Positions 10,094 through 19,382 of a stretch of 64,000 nucleotides of DNA are shown piece after piece (position 1 is the first letter of the stretch; each line of letters opens with the position of its first letter). This DNA is from Saprospiraceae bacterium. Its GTDB lineage: Bacteria; Bacteroidota; Bacteroidia; Chitinophagales; Saprospiraceae. The notes under the pieces were generated by a model that was not told the origin of the DNA, did no database searches, and was given only the letters and a program-made list of their open reading frames with translations. The stretch is from contig JAHDFN010000001.1 in NCBI GenBank assembly GCA_020628145.1, positions 3,278 through 67,277 of the forward strand, written 5' to 3'. Made by a program: the position numbers and the translations under genes.

Positions 10094-10435
10094 ATGAAAA
10101 TTTCAACAACAGAAGCATTGGCCAAATTGGCAGAAACAGACAAGGAATTCACCAAACTATTTAGCTATCAAAGCCTGAAAGTTGAAATATACAAACCCGT
10201 AGGTGAAGACAAACAACAACCCCATGATCAGGATGAAATCTATGTCATCGCCAATGGTACGGCCACTTTTTTCCATGAAGGAGAAACCACTGATATAAAG
10301 GCCGGGGATTTTTTATTCGTCAAGGCCGGAGATGAACATCGTTTCCTCGATTTTTCAGAAGATTTTTCTACTTGGGTATTTTTCTATGGAGCTATCGGAG
10401 GAGAAGCCGAAAACGCTAAAAAGTATAAAGAATAA
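10094..10435 (+). CDS. cupin domain protein
   Basis: 113 aa. Cupin_2-like core (DEIYVIANGTATFFHEG...GDFLFVKAGDEHRF). Its ATG directly follows the TAA of the upstream gene. Confidence 0.7.
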   Translation: MKISTTEALAKLAETDKEFTKLFSYQSLKVEIYKPVGEDKQQPHDQDEIYVIANGTATFFHEGETTDIKAGDFLFVKAGDEHRFLDFSEDFSTWVFFYGAIGGEAENAKKYKE

Positions 10436-10440
10436 GCTTT

Positions 10441-11184
10441 TTATTTTTGCTTTTTAGGACGGGAGGAACTCCCATCCGGAATCAGGTATCCCGCATAGAT
10501 AATAAATCCGCTATTGTACATCCTGCCTGTATTTTCAGGACGGACATCATGGTATTTCCGCCAAGGAGTCAAATCCAACATATAACGACCGCCTGCGATG
10601 AACGTACCAATCCCTGTTTCTGTCGGCAGTGACAAATCAAAAACCCATGAAAAATCCCAGCGCCTCAGAGAATACATCGGGCGATGGAGTATCGCATCCA
10701 AATCCTGTGTACGGATGACATCTATACCATTTAAACTTCCCGAATAAGTCGTGATTTTCCCTTGTAGCAAATAGGCCGTATCGAATCCCGTTGCAATACC
10801 GAACCCCCGATTCCTTATCGGGATATTCCTTTTCAGTAATAAACCCGAACCGATGTAATCCATCCGATATTCCTTATGTTGGAACTGATAACTTGAAGGA
10901 TTGGATAAATTACCCTCACTCCAATGGGCAACCACTCCCTTACGGATGAACGAAGGTTCGATTTGTAAAAAAGTGTTTTTCCTTATACGGTAAGCGATAG
11001 GTAATGCTATGTAAACACCATCTTTCAACAATACCTTTTCGGTGTCATCTTCATCATTATAATTCAAAAAGGTAAAATAACTGATTCCGCCCTGGAATCC
11101 GGCGGTGATCTGTGCTTCAGACAGATGAAAAAACAATACGAAGGGAAGGAAGATAGTGAATCGGATAAATGATGTTTTCTTCAT
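10441..11184 (-). CDS. outer-membrane beta-barrel protein (porin-family-like)
   Basis: Signal peptide ending SEAQ, alternating aromatic/Gly-rich strands, and an aromatic-rich C-terminal region. Confidence 0.55.
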   Translation of the reverse strand: MKKTSFIRFTIFLPFVLFFHLSEAQITAGFQGGISYFTFLNYNDEDDTEKVLLKDGVYIALPIAYRIRKNTFLQIEPSFIRKGVVAHWSEGNLSNPSSYQFQHKEYRMDYIGSGLLLKRNIPIRNRGFGIATGFDTAYLLQGKITTYSGSLNGIDVIRTQDLDAILHRPMYSLRRWDFSWVFDLSLPTETGIGTFIAGGRYMLDLTPWRKYHDVRPENTGRMYNSGFIIYAGYLIPDGSSSRPKKQK

Positions 11185-11372
11185 GGATTAATTTAAGCAT
11201 CTTGAATGAAGGGGTTGCATGGTTCGTCCGGAAAAGAGACTAGGGCTGGAGTTTGGAATTCAAACTGCAAAAAATATTCCCTTTTGCCTCGAATCGAACA
11301 GAAACCAAATAATTAACGATTCTACACCGATACTTTATTATATTTATCATTCCATGTTAAAACTAATCGGAT

Positions 11373-12527
11373 ATGAAAAGACATTTAATTTGGTTTATCG
11401 TTATTTTCTTTTGGGCATCCTGCAAGGATGACAAGGACAACGGCTGCAACTACGATGGACAAACCGTCAATAGCCTGCAATACTTGGGAAGTCATAATTC
11501 CTACCGAACCAAAACCTACCAACCCATCTTCGATGCGGCGATCAATTTACATAATACGGGCGTTCTCCCCGACGATCTCAATCCCAATGAATGGGATTAT
11601 ACCCACGTCCCTCTGGTTGAACAATTAGAACAATACAATATGCGTTCCTTTGAATTGGATGTCTATTATGATCCGGACGGTGGGCGTTACTACGACAGGG
11701 CAGGTAATCTTATTGTTTTTGAGCCTACTGCTTCCGAAATTCCGGAACTACAGGAACCGGGTTATAAGATTATCCACATCCCCGATTTGGATTACAACAC
11801 ACACCATTACACCTTCAAAGATGCACTACAAACCCTCAAGGGATGGTCGGACACCCATCCGGATCACGAACCGATTTTCATTTTGGTGGAATTGAAGGAT
11901 GCCGCCGCCGGCGATTATGTTTCGGGGTTCAATTTTGCCGAAGCCCTCCCCTATACAGAACAAGCCATGGAGGATTTGGATACGGAAATGAAAGATGTCT
12001 TTGGTGCCAATTTGGATAAGATTATCACGCCTGATGATTTCCGAAGAGGATTTTCCAGTATTGAAGAGGCCGCCCTTGCCGGACAATGGCCGACCCTCGG
12101 TGATTCCAAAGGGAAATTCTATTTCATTTTCATGGGTAACAATGACAGTAAAACCAATTATACCGCCAATCATCCCAACCTGGAAGGAAGGGCCATGTTC
12201 TATTTTACTGATCCCGGCGATCCGAATTGTGCCTTCATCAAATACGACAATCCTTTGGATGCAGGACAACAGATCAGCGAAGCCGTCAGCAAAGGATATA
12301 TGGTTCGTACCCGGGCAGATGCCGGCACATGGGAAGCCCGTTCAGGTGACACCGCTAAAAGGGAGGCTGCTTTCAACAGCGGCGCCCAGATTATTTCTAC
12401 GGACTACTACCTACCCGATTCCCGTCATGTGAACAGTGCAGGGTGGACAGACTATTCCGTACAATTTCCGGAGGGGGGTGCTTTCCAAGTCAATACCGTA
12501 ATCAGTAGTTTCGATTGCCCCGAATAA
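11373..12527 (+). CDS. Ca2+-dependent phosphoinositide-specific phospholipase C-like lipoprotein (PI-PLC-C1-like)
   Basis: Lipoprotein signal (FFWASCKDD). The LQYLGSHNSYR motif and overall length match the bacterial PI-PLC X-domain-like family. Confidence 0.6.
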   Translation: MKRHLIWFIVIFFWASCKDDKDNGCNYDGQTVNSLQYLGSHNSYRTKTYQPIFDAAINLHNTGVLPDDLNPNEWDYTHVPLVEQLEQYNMRSFELDVYYDPDGGRYYDRAGNLIVFEPTASEIPELQEPGYKIIHIPDLDYNTHHYTFKDALQTLKGWSDTHPDHEPIFILVELKDAAAGDYVSGFNFAEALPYTEQAMEDLDTEMKDVFGANLDKIITPDDFRRGFSSIEEAALAGQWPTLGDSKGKFYFIFMGNNDSKTNYTANHPNLEGRAMFYFTDPGDPNCAFIKYDNPLDAGQQISEAVSKGYMVRTRADAGTWEARSGDTAKREAAFNSGAQIISTDYYLPDSRHVNSAGWTDYSVQFPEGGAFQVNTVISSFDCPE

Positions 12528-12624
12528 TAAAATCAAACATCGTCATTAAAGGGAAAGGCCGCCCTGTAAATACTTACAGGAACGGCCACCCCATCATCAA
12601 AAATATTATTACGGTTTTTTTTAA

Positions 12625-12656
12625 TGAAGGAGGAAGTCGGGTTACTTCCTCCTTCA
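12625..12656. other. perfect 13-bp-stem hairpin in a 428-bp gene-free spacer
   Basis: tgaaggaggaagt (12625-12637) and acttcctccttca (12644-12656) flank a 6-nt loop. The purine arm is also a mirror repeat. T8 lies immediately upstream, not downstream. Confidence 0.8.
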
Positions 12657-12955
12657 ACTTGGTTATTCAAGGTTTTACAGGGCGTTTTTCATAGCTGTGG
12701 GTTGCTTTTGCATGTTTATGAATCGGTTTTGTTTTTCGATGCTTTGTAATGTATTATACGGGAGTAAATCAAGCGGGTTACGTTAAGTATATCCTACTTC
12801 GACCAATCCTTGGGAATATCCGATTTCTGCTTGTAATACTCGCCGAAAAACTTTTGAAAATGTACCTTAGAGTTGTTGGAACCAATGTAACAACAGAAGT
12901 GTTTCTTACGTTACAATAATAACCGCCCTCCTGATTTGCAGACCATAAGACTTGA

Positions 12956-13318
12956 ATGAAAAAAATAATTACATATTCCACCATCCTGACATTCCTCATT
13001 TTGTCCGGCTGTAAGGAACGACAACTGAAAGGGGCCTTCCAGGGAGCCTGGTATAAGGATGGTTTCGACATGGAGGCATTCACGGTAAGGGGAGACTCTA
13101 TATATTTCCCCGGATTGGATAAGGGATATTTATATGAATTGGATAATGATACGCTTTTTATCCATTTTTCTGAAAAGAAAACCCAGAGCAAAATCCTTAA
13201 ATTCAGCAGTCGGCGTATGACGGTCTGGGACATGAGCATCACAGACGACACTATTCTTTTACAAAGAGAACCTAGTCCGTTTTTAGATTCTATTCCGGCA
13301 GGTGTTGTAGAACGATGA
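12956..13318 (+). CDS. small hypothetical lipoprotein
   Basis: MKKIITYSTILTFLILSGCKE is a signal peptide plus lipobox. Preferred over the overlapping antisense ORF 12778-13251. Confidence 0.55.
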   Translation: MKKIITYSTILTFLILSGCKERQLKGAFQGAWYKDGFDMEAFTVRGDSIYFPGLDKGYLYELDNDTLFIHFSEKKTQSKILKFSSRRMTVWDMSITDDTILLQREPSPFLDSIPAGVVER

Positions 13319-13374
13319 CTTTTATAATCATTTCAACAGCCGTTTGAATTGGGCTATGGCAAAATGGATAATGT

Positions 13375-14175
13375 CTAATGTACAATCCATTTCAAAAAAT
13401 ACAGTTCACGTTCATCTATTAGGATTCTTACAAAATAAACTCCACTTTTTTCAGGCAATGGGAGTTTGGTTCTTTGGCAACCTTCTTCAATATTAATGGT
13501 TTGTTTTTCAAAACAAACCCTACCATCAAGTGAAATGATTGACAATTCCATACGGGATGCATCTGAGATTGAGATATTCGAATACATGAATGTCTCTCTA
13601 CCGGAAGGATTAGGATATAATTCGAACACCCTACTATCTGATTGGAGGCTATGTGTAGCCGTCGTAATTTGGGGAAACACCTGTATGATACTAGGTTCTT
13701 CCAAAGTCCCATCTATCTCGACAATATGAAGGGAATCCAATGGCCCCGTATTCGCCCCTTCGAATACTTCATATATGAATGTATAGTTTTGTGTCAGGGG
13801 TGTTTCCGCATCCTTTACCTCGACAAATAAAGTATCAACATGAAAATTCCATAAAAACGTATCCGGGAGAAAACCCAAACCCAACGCCATTGCTTCCGGA
13901 AATTTTTCCGGCAATAGTTCTCCTGAAGACATCCAACGGCTTCCTTCAAGATTCACACCATTGTAAGAATCATTTAATTCCACATAAGTATAGATATAAT
14001 CTTCTCCAAAAGCACCTCCATCTGCACTTCCCCATCCGTCAAGGGTATTGGGGGAAGTGACCAAGGGGATACCTAGGAAAACCACACCGTTTTCACGTCT
14101 CAGGGTATCCTGTCCAACAACAAAGGAACTTAAAAAAAATCCGAGGATAAGGAGGCAAACAATCTTTTTCATCAT
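13375..14175 (-). CDS. secreted protein with T9SS (Por) C-terminal sorting domain
   Basis: N-terminal signal peptide from MMKKIVCLLILGFF. The C-terminus ELYPNPSG...GVYFVRI... is typical of a type A T9SS CTD. Confidence 0.7.
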   Translation of the reverse strand: MMKKIVCLLILGFFLSSFVVGQDTLRRENGVVFLGIPLVTSPNTLDGWGSADGGAFGEDYIYTYVELNDSYNGVNLEGSRWMSSGELLPEKFPEAMALGLGFLPDTFLWNFHVDTLFVEVKDAETPLTQNYTFIYEVFEGANTGPLDSLHIVEIDGTLEEPSIIQVFPQITTATHSLQSDSRVFELYPNPSGRETFMYSNISISDASRMELSIISLDGRVCFEKQTINIEEGCQRTKLPLPEKSGVYFVRILIDERELYFLKWIVH

Positions 14176-14185
14176 ATGGAAATGA

Positions 14186-15781
14186 TTAAACCAGAATATC
14201 TTCATTCAGTATGGTTTCTATATTTTTTTCAGCCAACCCCGCTATCGTTAAGGATGGATTCGCACAAGCTGTGGAACCGGGAATCAATGCTCCATCCATC
14301 ACATAAAGATTGTCATAGCCCTTAACCCTGCCTATCCAGTCACATGTTTCACCCATAACGGCTCCTCCTAGAGGATGGTAAGTCAGATCATCTTTGGTTT
14401 CAGGTAAAATAAAGATACTGCCGCTTTGGCCTCCATTGACCACATTCATCCTGTCCAATAGGTTGTCAATTGCCGATTTCGGAATATTGTTATTATTCCA
14501 AACCAAATCTATATCCTCTCTTGAAGGATTATAATCGAAATATCCCCTATTGGAATCCAAGGTCAAACCCAAATAAATAAGACAATTGCATTCTGTTCCC
14601 AATGGATAATTCGCCATATCCAAAACCGTGGGAGAGATGTCATTATTAAAATCATAGGCGGCAGAAGAGGAAGGACTGCTTTGTCTCGCCCCCGTATTTG
14701 TGGGAAGAAGTGAACGGACAGACATAGTAGCACCGTTCGAACCCCACCCTTTACCCAGGGTATCATTGATATTCGGCAGATAACCTTTTCCTTTTGAACG
14801 CATGAGTATTTTAGTCGTTCCAATAGAGCCGGCCCCCATGAACAGGTATTTGCAATGAAAGGCGGATTCGGCCAATACGGTTCCATCGACATCAATCATT
14901 TCCACATTAATACGATAATAACCATCATCTACCTGCTCTATATCCTTTACCTGATGTAATGGTTTTATGGTAACATTCCCCGTAGCCTCTGCCTGGGGAA
15001 GATAATTGTGATCCAAGCTTTTCTTAGCACCACTATTGACTCCATATATGATATCTCCGTTGATTGCAGAAGCCGGTATCGTTCCTGCAATTTCCTCCTT
15101 TATTATGTCCCAATTGTAAGCTGAAGCAAAGTATTCGATAGGAAGTCCGACATTTTGGGCATGTTCCACATGGACTCTCACAAATTCAAAATATTCACTG
15201 TCATTCAATAAATCATCCGGAATAGGTGAAGCCCCCAACATCTGGATGACCCTCGGAAAATATACCGATGCCAGTTCATCGTAATCGATTTCGGATGGAA
15301 AAACCTGTGTGAATAACGGCTTTTCAGGAGCGATGGTAATTCCACCATAAACAAGGGAGCCACCCCCTACTCCTGCTCCGGCATATACATCCATGCCGCT
15401 ATAACGAACCCGCTCCAATACCCCTGCATATCGTTCAAACGTAGGTGAAATACCAAAAGGGTTGAGGGGAGCGATGTTTTCAGTTTCAAACCATGCTGAT
15501 CGCTTATCCGGAAAAGCCAAAGGAGAGAATGTATTTCCTTCCGGAGTCAAGACCCAGCGCTGGCCTCTTTCCAACATGGTAGTCTTTATTCCGGCTTCTC
15601 CCAATCTCAATGCAGTAACGGCTCCTCCGAATCCTGTTCCGATAACCAATGCTTCCGTGTAGTTCTCGAACCTTGATTCCGGGTTGTTATCATCCTTACA
15701 TCCGGTAGATAAAATAATCCCCGCACTCGCTAGGGCTGTAGTTTTAATAAAATTTCGACGATCAAATATTTTTTTGGACAT
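14186..15781 (-). CDS. GMC-family FAD oxidoreductase (cholesterol-oxidase-like), Tat-exported lipoprotein
   Basis: The twin-arginine signal DRRNFIKTTALASAGIILSTGC also contains a lipobox Cys. GTGFGGAVTALRLGEAG is a Rossmann FAD site. GMC C-terminal region with HPLGG. Confidence 0.8.
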   Translation of the reverse strand: MSKKIFDRRNFIKTTALASAGIILSTGCKDDNNPESRFENYTEALVIGTGFGGAVTALRLGEAGIKTTMLERGQRWVLTPEGNTFSPLAFPDKRSAWFETENIAPLNPFGISPTFERYAGVLERVRYSGMDVYAGAGVGGGSLVYGGITIAPEKPLFTQVFPSEIDYDELASVYFPRVIQMLGASPIPDDLLNDSEYFEFVRVHVEHAQNVGLPIEYFASAYNWDIIKEEIAGTIPASAINGDIIYGVNSGAKKSLDHNYLPQAEATGNVTIKPLHQVKDIEQVDDGYYRINVEMIDVDGTVLAESAFHCKYLFMGAGSIGTTKILMRSKGKGYLPNINDTLGKGWGSNGATMSVRSLLPTNTGARQSSPSSSAAYDFNNDISPTVLDMANYPLGTECNCLIYLGLTLDSNRGYFDYNPSREDIDLVWNNNNIPKSAIDNLLDRMNVVNGGQSGSIFILPETKDDLTYHPLGGAVMGETCDWIGRVKGYDNLYVMDGALIPGSTACANPSLTIAGLAEKNIETILNEDILV

Positions 15782-15893
15782 GAAAATAGATTGGGTTGTT
15801 GTTAAGTTTCTTACTACCCCAAATTTACATCATCTCTGCCACAAAATAGGGCGTTAACAGAATTAGGTAAGCTAGTTTACAGATTGCTCAAAA

Positions 15894-16589
15894 CTAATTA
15901 TTCAACCACTCATTCCAATCACCTAAACGTGTTTCTTCTTTTTCGTTTTTTCTCAGGAGTTCAAGGAAATCCTTACGGGGAATGCCCCTCGCCCCCAAAC
16001 TGATGAGGTGATCCGTCGGTTGTTGGCAATCGATCAACCAAAAATCCTTTTCCCTGAGTTTCCGAACCAAGGTAATGAATCCGAATTTAGAAGCATTGGA
16101 TTCCGTAGCGAACATGGATTCACCAAAAAAGCATTTCCCCATAGAAATACCATACAAGCCCCCTACGAGTTCATCTTCCTTCCAGACTTCTACAGAATGG
16201 CAAAGCCCCTGTTCATGTAATTCGGTGTAGGAAGTTTTCATCTCTTCAGTCAGCCAGGTACTTCCGGTCTGCCCCTTCCGTGGAGTACGCTGACAACCGG
16301 TTATCACACCTTCGAAATCCTGATCGAATGTTACCTTAAATTTTTTCTGATTGAAATAGGGTCGCATACTCTTACTCACTTTGACCTCATCAGGAAAAAC
16401 AACGAATCTCGGATCGGGACACCACCACAGAACCGGATCCTCCGGATTAAACCAGGGATACAAACCCATTTTATAAGCCAGTAGTAATCGTTCGATGCTC
16501 AAATCTCCTCCGACAGCCAATATCCCTTCTTTTCCGGTCATGTGCGGATCGGGAAATTGAAGTTCCTGCGTAAGCCAGAAAATAGGCAT
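15894..16589 (-). CDS. aat: leucyl/phenylalanyl-tRNA--protein transferase
   Basis: 231 aa. LLLAYKMGLYPWF, HSVEVW and FFGESMF motifs characteristic of Aat. Confidence 0.9.
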   Translation of the reverse strand: MPIFWLTQELQFPDPHMTGKEGILAVGGDLSIERLLLAYKMGLYPWFNPEDPVLWWCPDPRFVVFPDEVKVSKSMRPYFNQKKFKVTFDQDFEGVITGCQRTPRKGQTGSTWLTEEMKTSYTELHEQGLCHSVEVWKEDELVGGLYGISMGKCFFGESMFATESNASKFGFITLVRKLREKDFWLIDCQQPTDHLISLGARGIPRKDFLELLRKNEKEETRLGDWNEWLNN

Positions 16590-16698
16590 GGATGGAATTG
16601 GTTTACTTTTTTTGACAAGAAGATTCTTAGTGTCCGTTGAGGGTTCCGGTTGGATTCAAATAATACGGTCGGCTGTGGATTTACAACCGACCGTATCA

Positions 16699-16739
16699 AG
16701 AGTATGTTTAAAATTTAAACATACTCTAGGTTTTTTTTT
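16699..16739 (+). terminator. intrinsic-terminator-like hairpin with T9, oriented for the + strand
   Basis: Perfect 14-bp arms: agagtatgtttaaa at 16699-16712 and tttaaacatactct at 16714-16727. These are followed by agg and T9 (16731-16739). A second 10-bp-stem hairpin lies at 16663-16696. Confidence 0.5.
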
Positions 16740-16760
16740 GAATTCCAAAGATCCAAAGGA

Positions 16761-17060
16761 TTAGAATTCGATTTTTTCCTCTTCGATAATAGCAGATAAT
16801 CCTCTATCGACAAGTGCATCCTTCAAGGGTTTCAAATCCTTTTTGGAGCCGTTTTTAACTGTAGCCTTTCCCTTAAAATGGATGATAAGCGACAACTGCT
16901 CTGCTTGCTCCTGTGTATGGTCCAGGATTTCGGTAAAACATTTAATTACCCAATCGAATGTATTGAAATCATCATTATAAACAATGATAAAGGCGGTTGT
17001 CCCCGCAGTGGTTTCTTCGGCGACCAATACATCTTCCTGACTTTGTGTATGGAAAATCAT
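16761..17060 (-). CDS. clpS: ATP-dependent Clp protease adaptor ClpS
   Basis: 99 aa. The core VYNDDFNTFDWVIKCF...QAEQLSLIIHFKGKA is typical of ClpS. Confidence 0.9.
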   Translation of the reverse strand: MIFHTQSQEDVLVAEETTAGTTAFIIVYNDDFNTFDWVIKCFTEILDHTQEQAEQLSLIIHFKGKATVKNGSKKDLKPLKDALVDRGLSAIIEEEKIEF

Positions 17061-17128
17061 TTTTAATAAAGTTGGAACGATTCAAAAAATATAAAGTACG
17101 GAATCAATATTCCGCACCATAAATATAA

Positions 17129-17605
17129 CTATTTTAATGTTGATAAGGTTCCTTTTACTGCATCAAAATCCGGTAGTTCTCCGGCATTATCCAATACTTC
17201 GGCATATCTGATGATTCCTTCCTTGTCCACGACGAAGGCGGAACGCTTGGAAACCTGTTTCATTCCCAATACGAAATCCTCATACATTGCCCCATAGGAC
17301 TTTGAGGCATCACGGTTAAAATCCGACAATAAAGGGAAATTCAGATTCTGTTCGGTTTTGAATTTTTCCAAGACGAATGGCGAGTCTATGGATATCGCCA
17401 ATACTTGGGCATCCATATTCTGATAAAAAGAAATGTCATCTCTTGTATTGCACAACTCGGTAGTACATACACCGGTAAATGCCAATGGAAAAAACAAAAC
17501 GACTACGTTTTTACCTTTGTAATCAGAAAGCGAAACTGTTGATTTATCATCGGCTGTCAGGGTGAAATCCGGAGCAGCATCTCCTATTTTTACAGACATC
17601 TTCAT
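17129..17605 (-). CDS. peroxiredoxin (AhpC/TSA family, AhpE-like)
   Basis: FFPLAFTGVCTTELC peroxidatic-Cys motif. Start placed at ATG 17605 (MKMSVKIGDAAPDF); the ORF extends to 17659. Confidence 0.8.
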   Translation of the reverse strand: MKMSVKIGDAAPDFTLTADDKSTVSLSDYKGKNVVVLFFPLAFTGVCTTELCNTRDDISFYQNMDAQVLAISIDSPFVLEKFKTEQNLNFPLLSDFNRDASKSYGAMYEDFVLGMKQVSKRSAFVVDKEGIIRYAEVLDNAGELPDFDAVKGTLSTLK

Positions 17606-17730
17606 ATAGATTTTCTTGATTGAATGAAGGCAAAAATAAAACATCAAAACAAAAACCACCTGTTCATTGTAATCTTTATTTACATCTTTGTGTTATAATC
17701 CCTCTCCTTACCATCATCAAAATATCAAAC

Positions 17731-18369
17731 ATGCAACTTTCACCTGTTGAATTCAGAAAGGAGATTGCCAATAGTATCACACATGGTTTTGGCGTCCTAT
17801 TCGGCATTGTTTCCATTCCCATCCTCGTTGCCTACTCTACATTTGCCGGCAATGTGCCGGCCATAGTAGGAACAAGTATATTCGGATTTTCATTTCTGAT
17901 GGTTTATGCCTTTTCAACCTTATACCACAGCATCAGCCACCCTAAGGTAAAACTGGCCATGAGAACTATGGACCACATCAGTATTTATTTCATGATTGCG
18001 GGCAGTTATACTCCTTTCCTACTTCTATTCTCCTATAATACGACGGGCTTCGCCATGCTTTCCATTTTATGGGGGCTTACTTTGGCCGGTATTATTTTCA
18101 AAATCTATTTCGTTAAGCGATTCAGAATTTTTTCGACCTTGGTGTATATTGCCATGGGTGCCCTGATCCTGGTTTCCCCCCAAGAGTTCAGGATGGCCAT
18201 TCCGGCCGATGCCTTCATGATGTTGGCGATAGGTGGCGCGGCTTATATTTTCGGTGTCATATTCTACCTTTGGGAAAAATTCACCTATCACCATGCCATT
18301 TGGCATTTGTTTGTTTTGGGCGGAAGCATCTGTCACTATGTTGCCGTTTTATTAGCCATTATCGAATAG
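17731..18369 (+). CDS. hemolysin III / PAQR family channel protein
   Basis: Seven predicted TM segments. ANSITHG, YHS, DHISIY and HAIWHLFVL motifs of the HlyIII/YqfA family. Start at ATG 17731. Confidence 0.85.
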   Translation: MQLSPVEFRKEIANSITHGFGVLFGIVSIPILVAYSTFAGNVPAIVGTSIFGFSFLMVYAFSTLYHSISHPKVKLAMRTMDHISIYFMIAGSYTPFLLLFSYNTTGFAMLSILWGLTLAGIIFKIYFVKRFRIFSTLVYIAMGALILVSPQEFRMAIPADAFMMLAIGGAAYIFGVIFYLWEKFTYHHAIWHLFVLGGSICHYVAVLLAIIE

Positions 18370-18390
18370 GGGAATTCAAATATAAAGTCT

Positions 18391-19107
18391 TTGGAAAAAA
18401 TCAAAAATTACGGAGTACGAATCGCTGTTTTCGGAGGTGTCCAGTTTATCATTTTGACACTTCTAGCAATGTTTCTTTTTCCGGGTGGCACTATTCAAAA
18501 TCCGGAAGCAGGCTATTATTTGTTTTTTGAAAACTTTTTTTCCGATTTGGGACGGACGGAGGACTTCCAGGGTAATTCCAATTGGATTTCCATGTCTTTA
18601 TTTTCATTTGCTTTGGCTGTCCTCGGCACCAGTCTTATTATTTTTTTCATAGCCATTCCGAATTTATTTTCAAAAAACGACAACCGCATTAAATTAATTG
18701 TTTATTCTATTTCTCTTATCGGTATGCTAGCCGGACTATGCTTTATCGGTGTGGCATTCACCCCTTGGGATATTTTATTTGAAGCACATGTTTTTTTTGT
18801 CAGAATCGGTTTCAGGTTATTATTGCTAACCTGCATACTGATAGCCATCCTCATTCATAAAACCTCTTATTTCCCTAGTCGCTATGCATACGCTATCGTA
18901 TTTGTTTCAATTATCCTTACGGCATACATCATACTCCTCACCTATGGTCCGAAACCCGGAGAATCATTAGAGGGTTTGATGATTCAGGTCGCCGGTCAGA
19001 AAATCGTCGTTTACCTTTTAATCTCCGGAATCATGTACTTGGCTATCGGTGCGGATAAGGTTCGGAAACACTTGAAGGAAAAAGGTGGAAATCATCCGTC
19101 TGTTTAA
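18391..19107 (+). CDS. hypothetical polytopic membrane protein (DUF998-like?)
   Basis: 238 aa with about six hydrophobic segments. TTG start, with no in-frame ATG near it. Confidence 0.45.
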   Translation: MEKIKNYGVRIAVFGGVQFIILTLLAMFLFPGGTIQNPEAGYYLFFENFFSDLGRTEDFQGNSNWISMSLFSFALAVLGTSLIIFFIAIPNLFSKNDNRIKLIVYSISLIGMLAGLCFIGVAFTPWDILFEAHVFFVRIGFRLLLLTCILIAILIHKTSYFPSRYAYAIVFVSIILTAYIILLTYGPKPGESLEGLMIQVAGQKIVVYLLISGIMYLAIGADKVRKHLKEKGGNHPSV

Positions 19108-19382
19108 AAAACACACCCATACATTTTCCTTCATAATAATATGAAGCCCAAAAAGTTATTTAATTTCCACAAATCCCTTGTTTTCGAAATAAAACCTTGT
19201 ATGATTCTTTCTTTTATACGAAAAATTAATTTCCTTTGTAGTTGACTGGAATGCATTCCCTCCCTAAGCAAATCCATTGAGTACAATTTCACTCTTTTAT
19301 CCAATTCTTATTTGGATTTGTCAGGGAGATGTTCCATGTCTTGAGAAAACTATTTTGCAGCAAAACAAGGATAATCACTTCT

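Noticed and set aside
10433-10443. Convergent gene pairs whose stop codons are 0-6 nt apart, with no room for a terminator: 10435/10441, 31030/31037 and 48089/48090.
   Set aside because: It occurs three times in unrelated contexts, so it looks like a general compact-genome trait rather than a specific regulatory device. It is still worth noting for transcriptional-interference studies.
12778-13251. 157-aa minus-strand ORF that would fill part of the 12.5-12.9 kb spacer.
   Set aside because: It overlaps the + strand lipoprotein ORF (12956-13318), which has a clean signal peptide and lipobox. The minus-strand product has no signal, motif or sensible composition.
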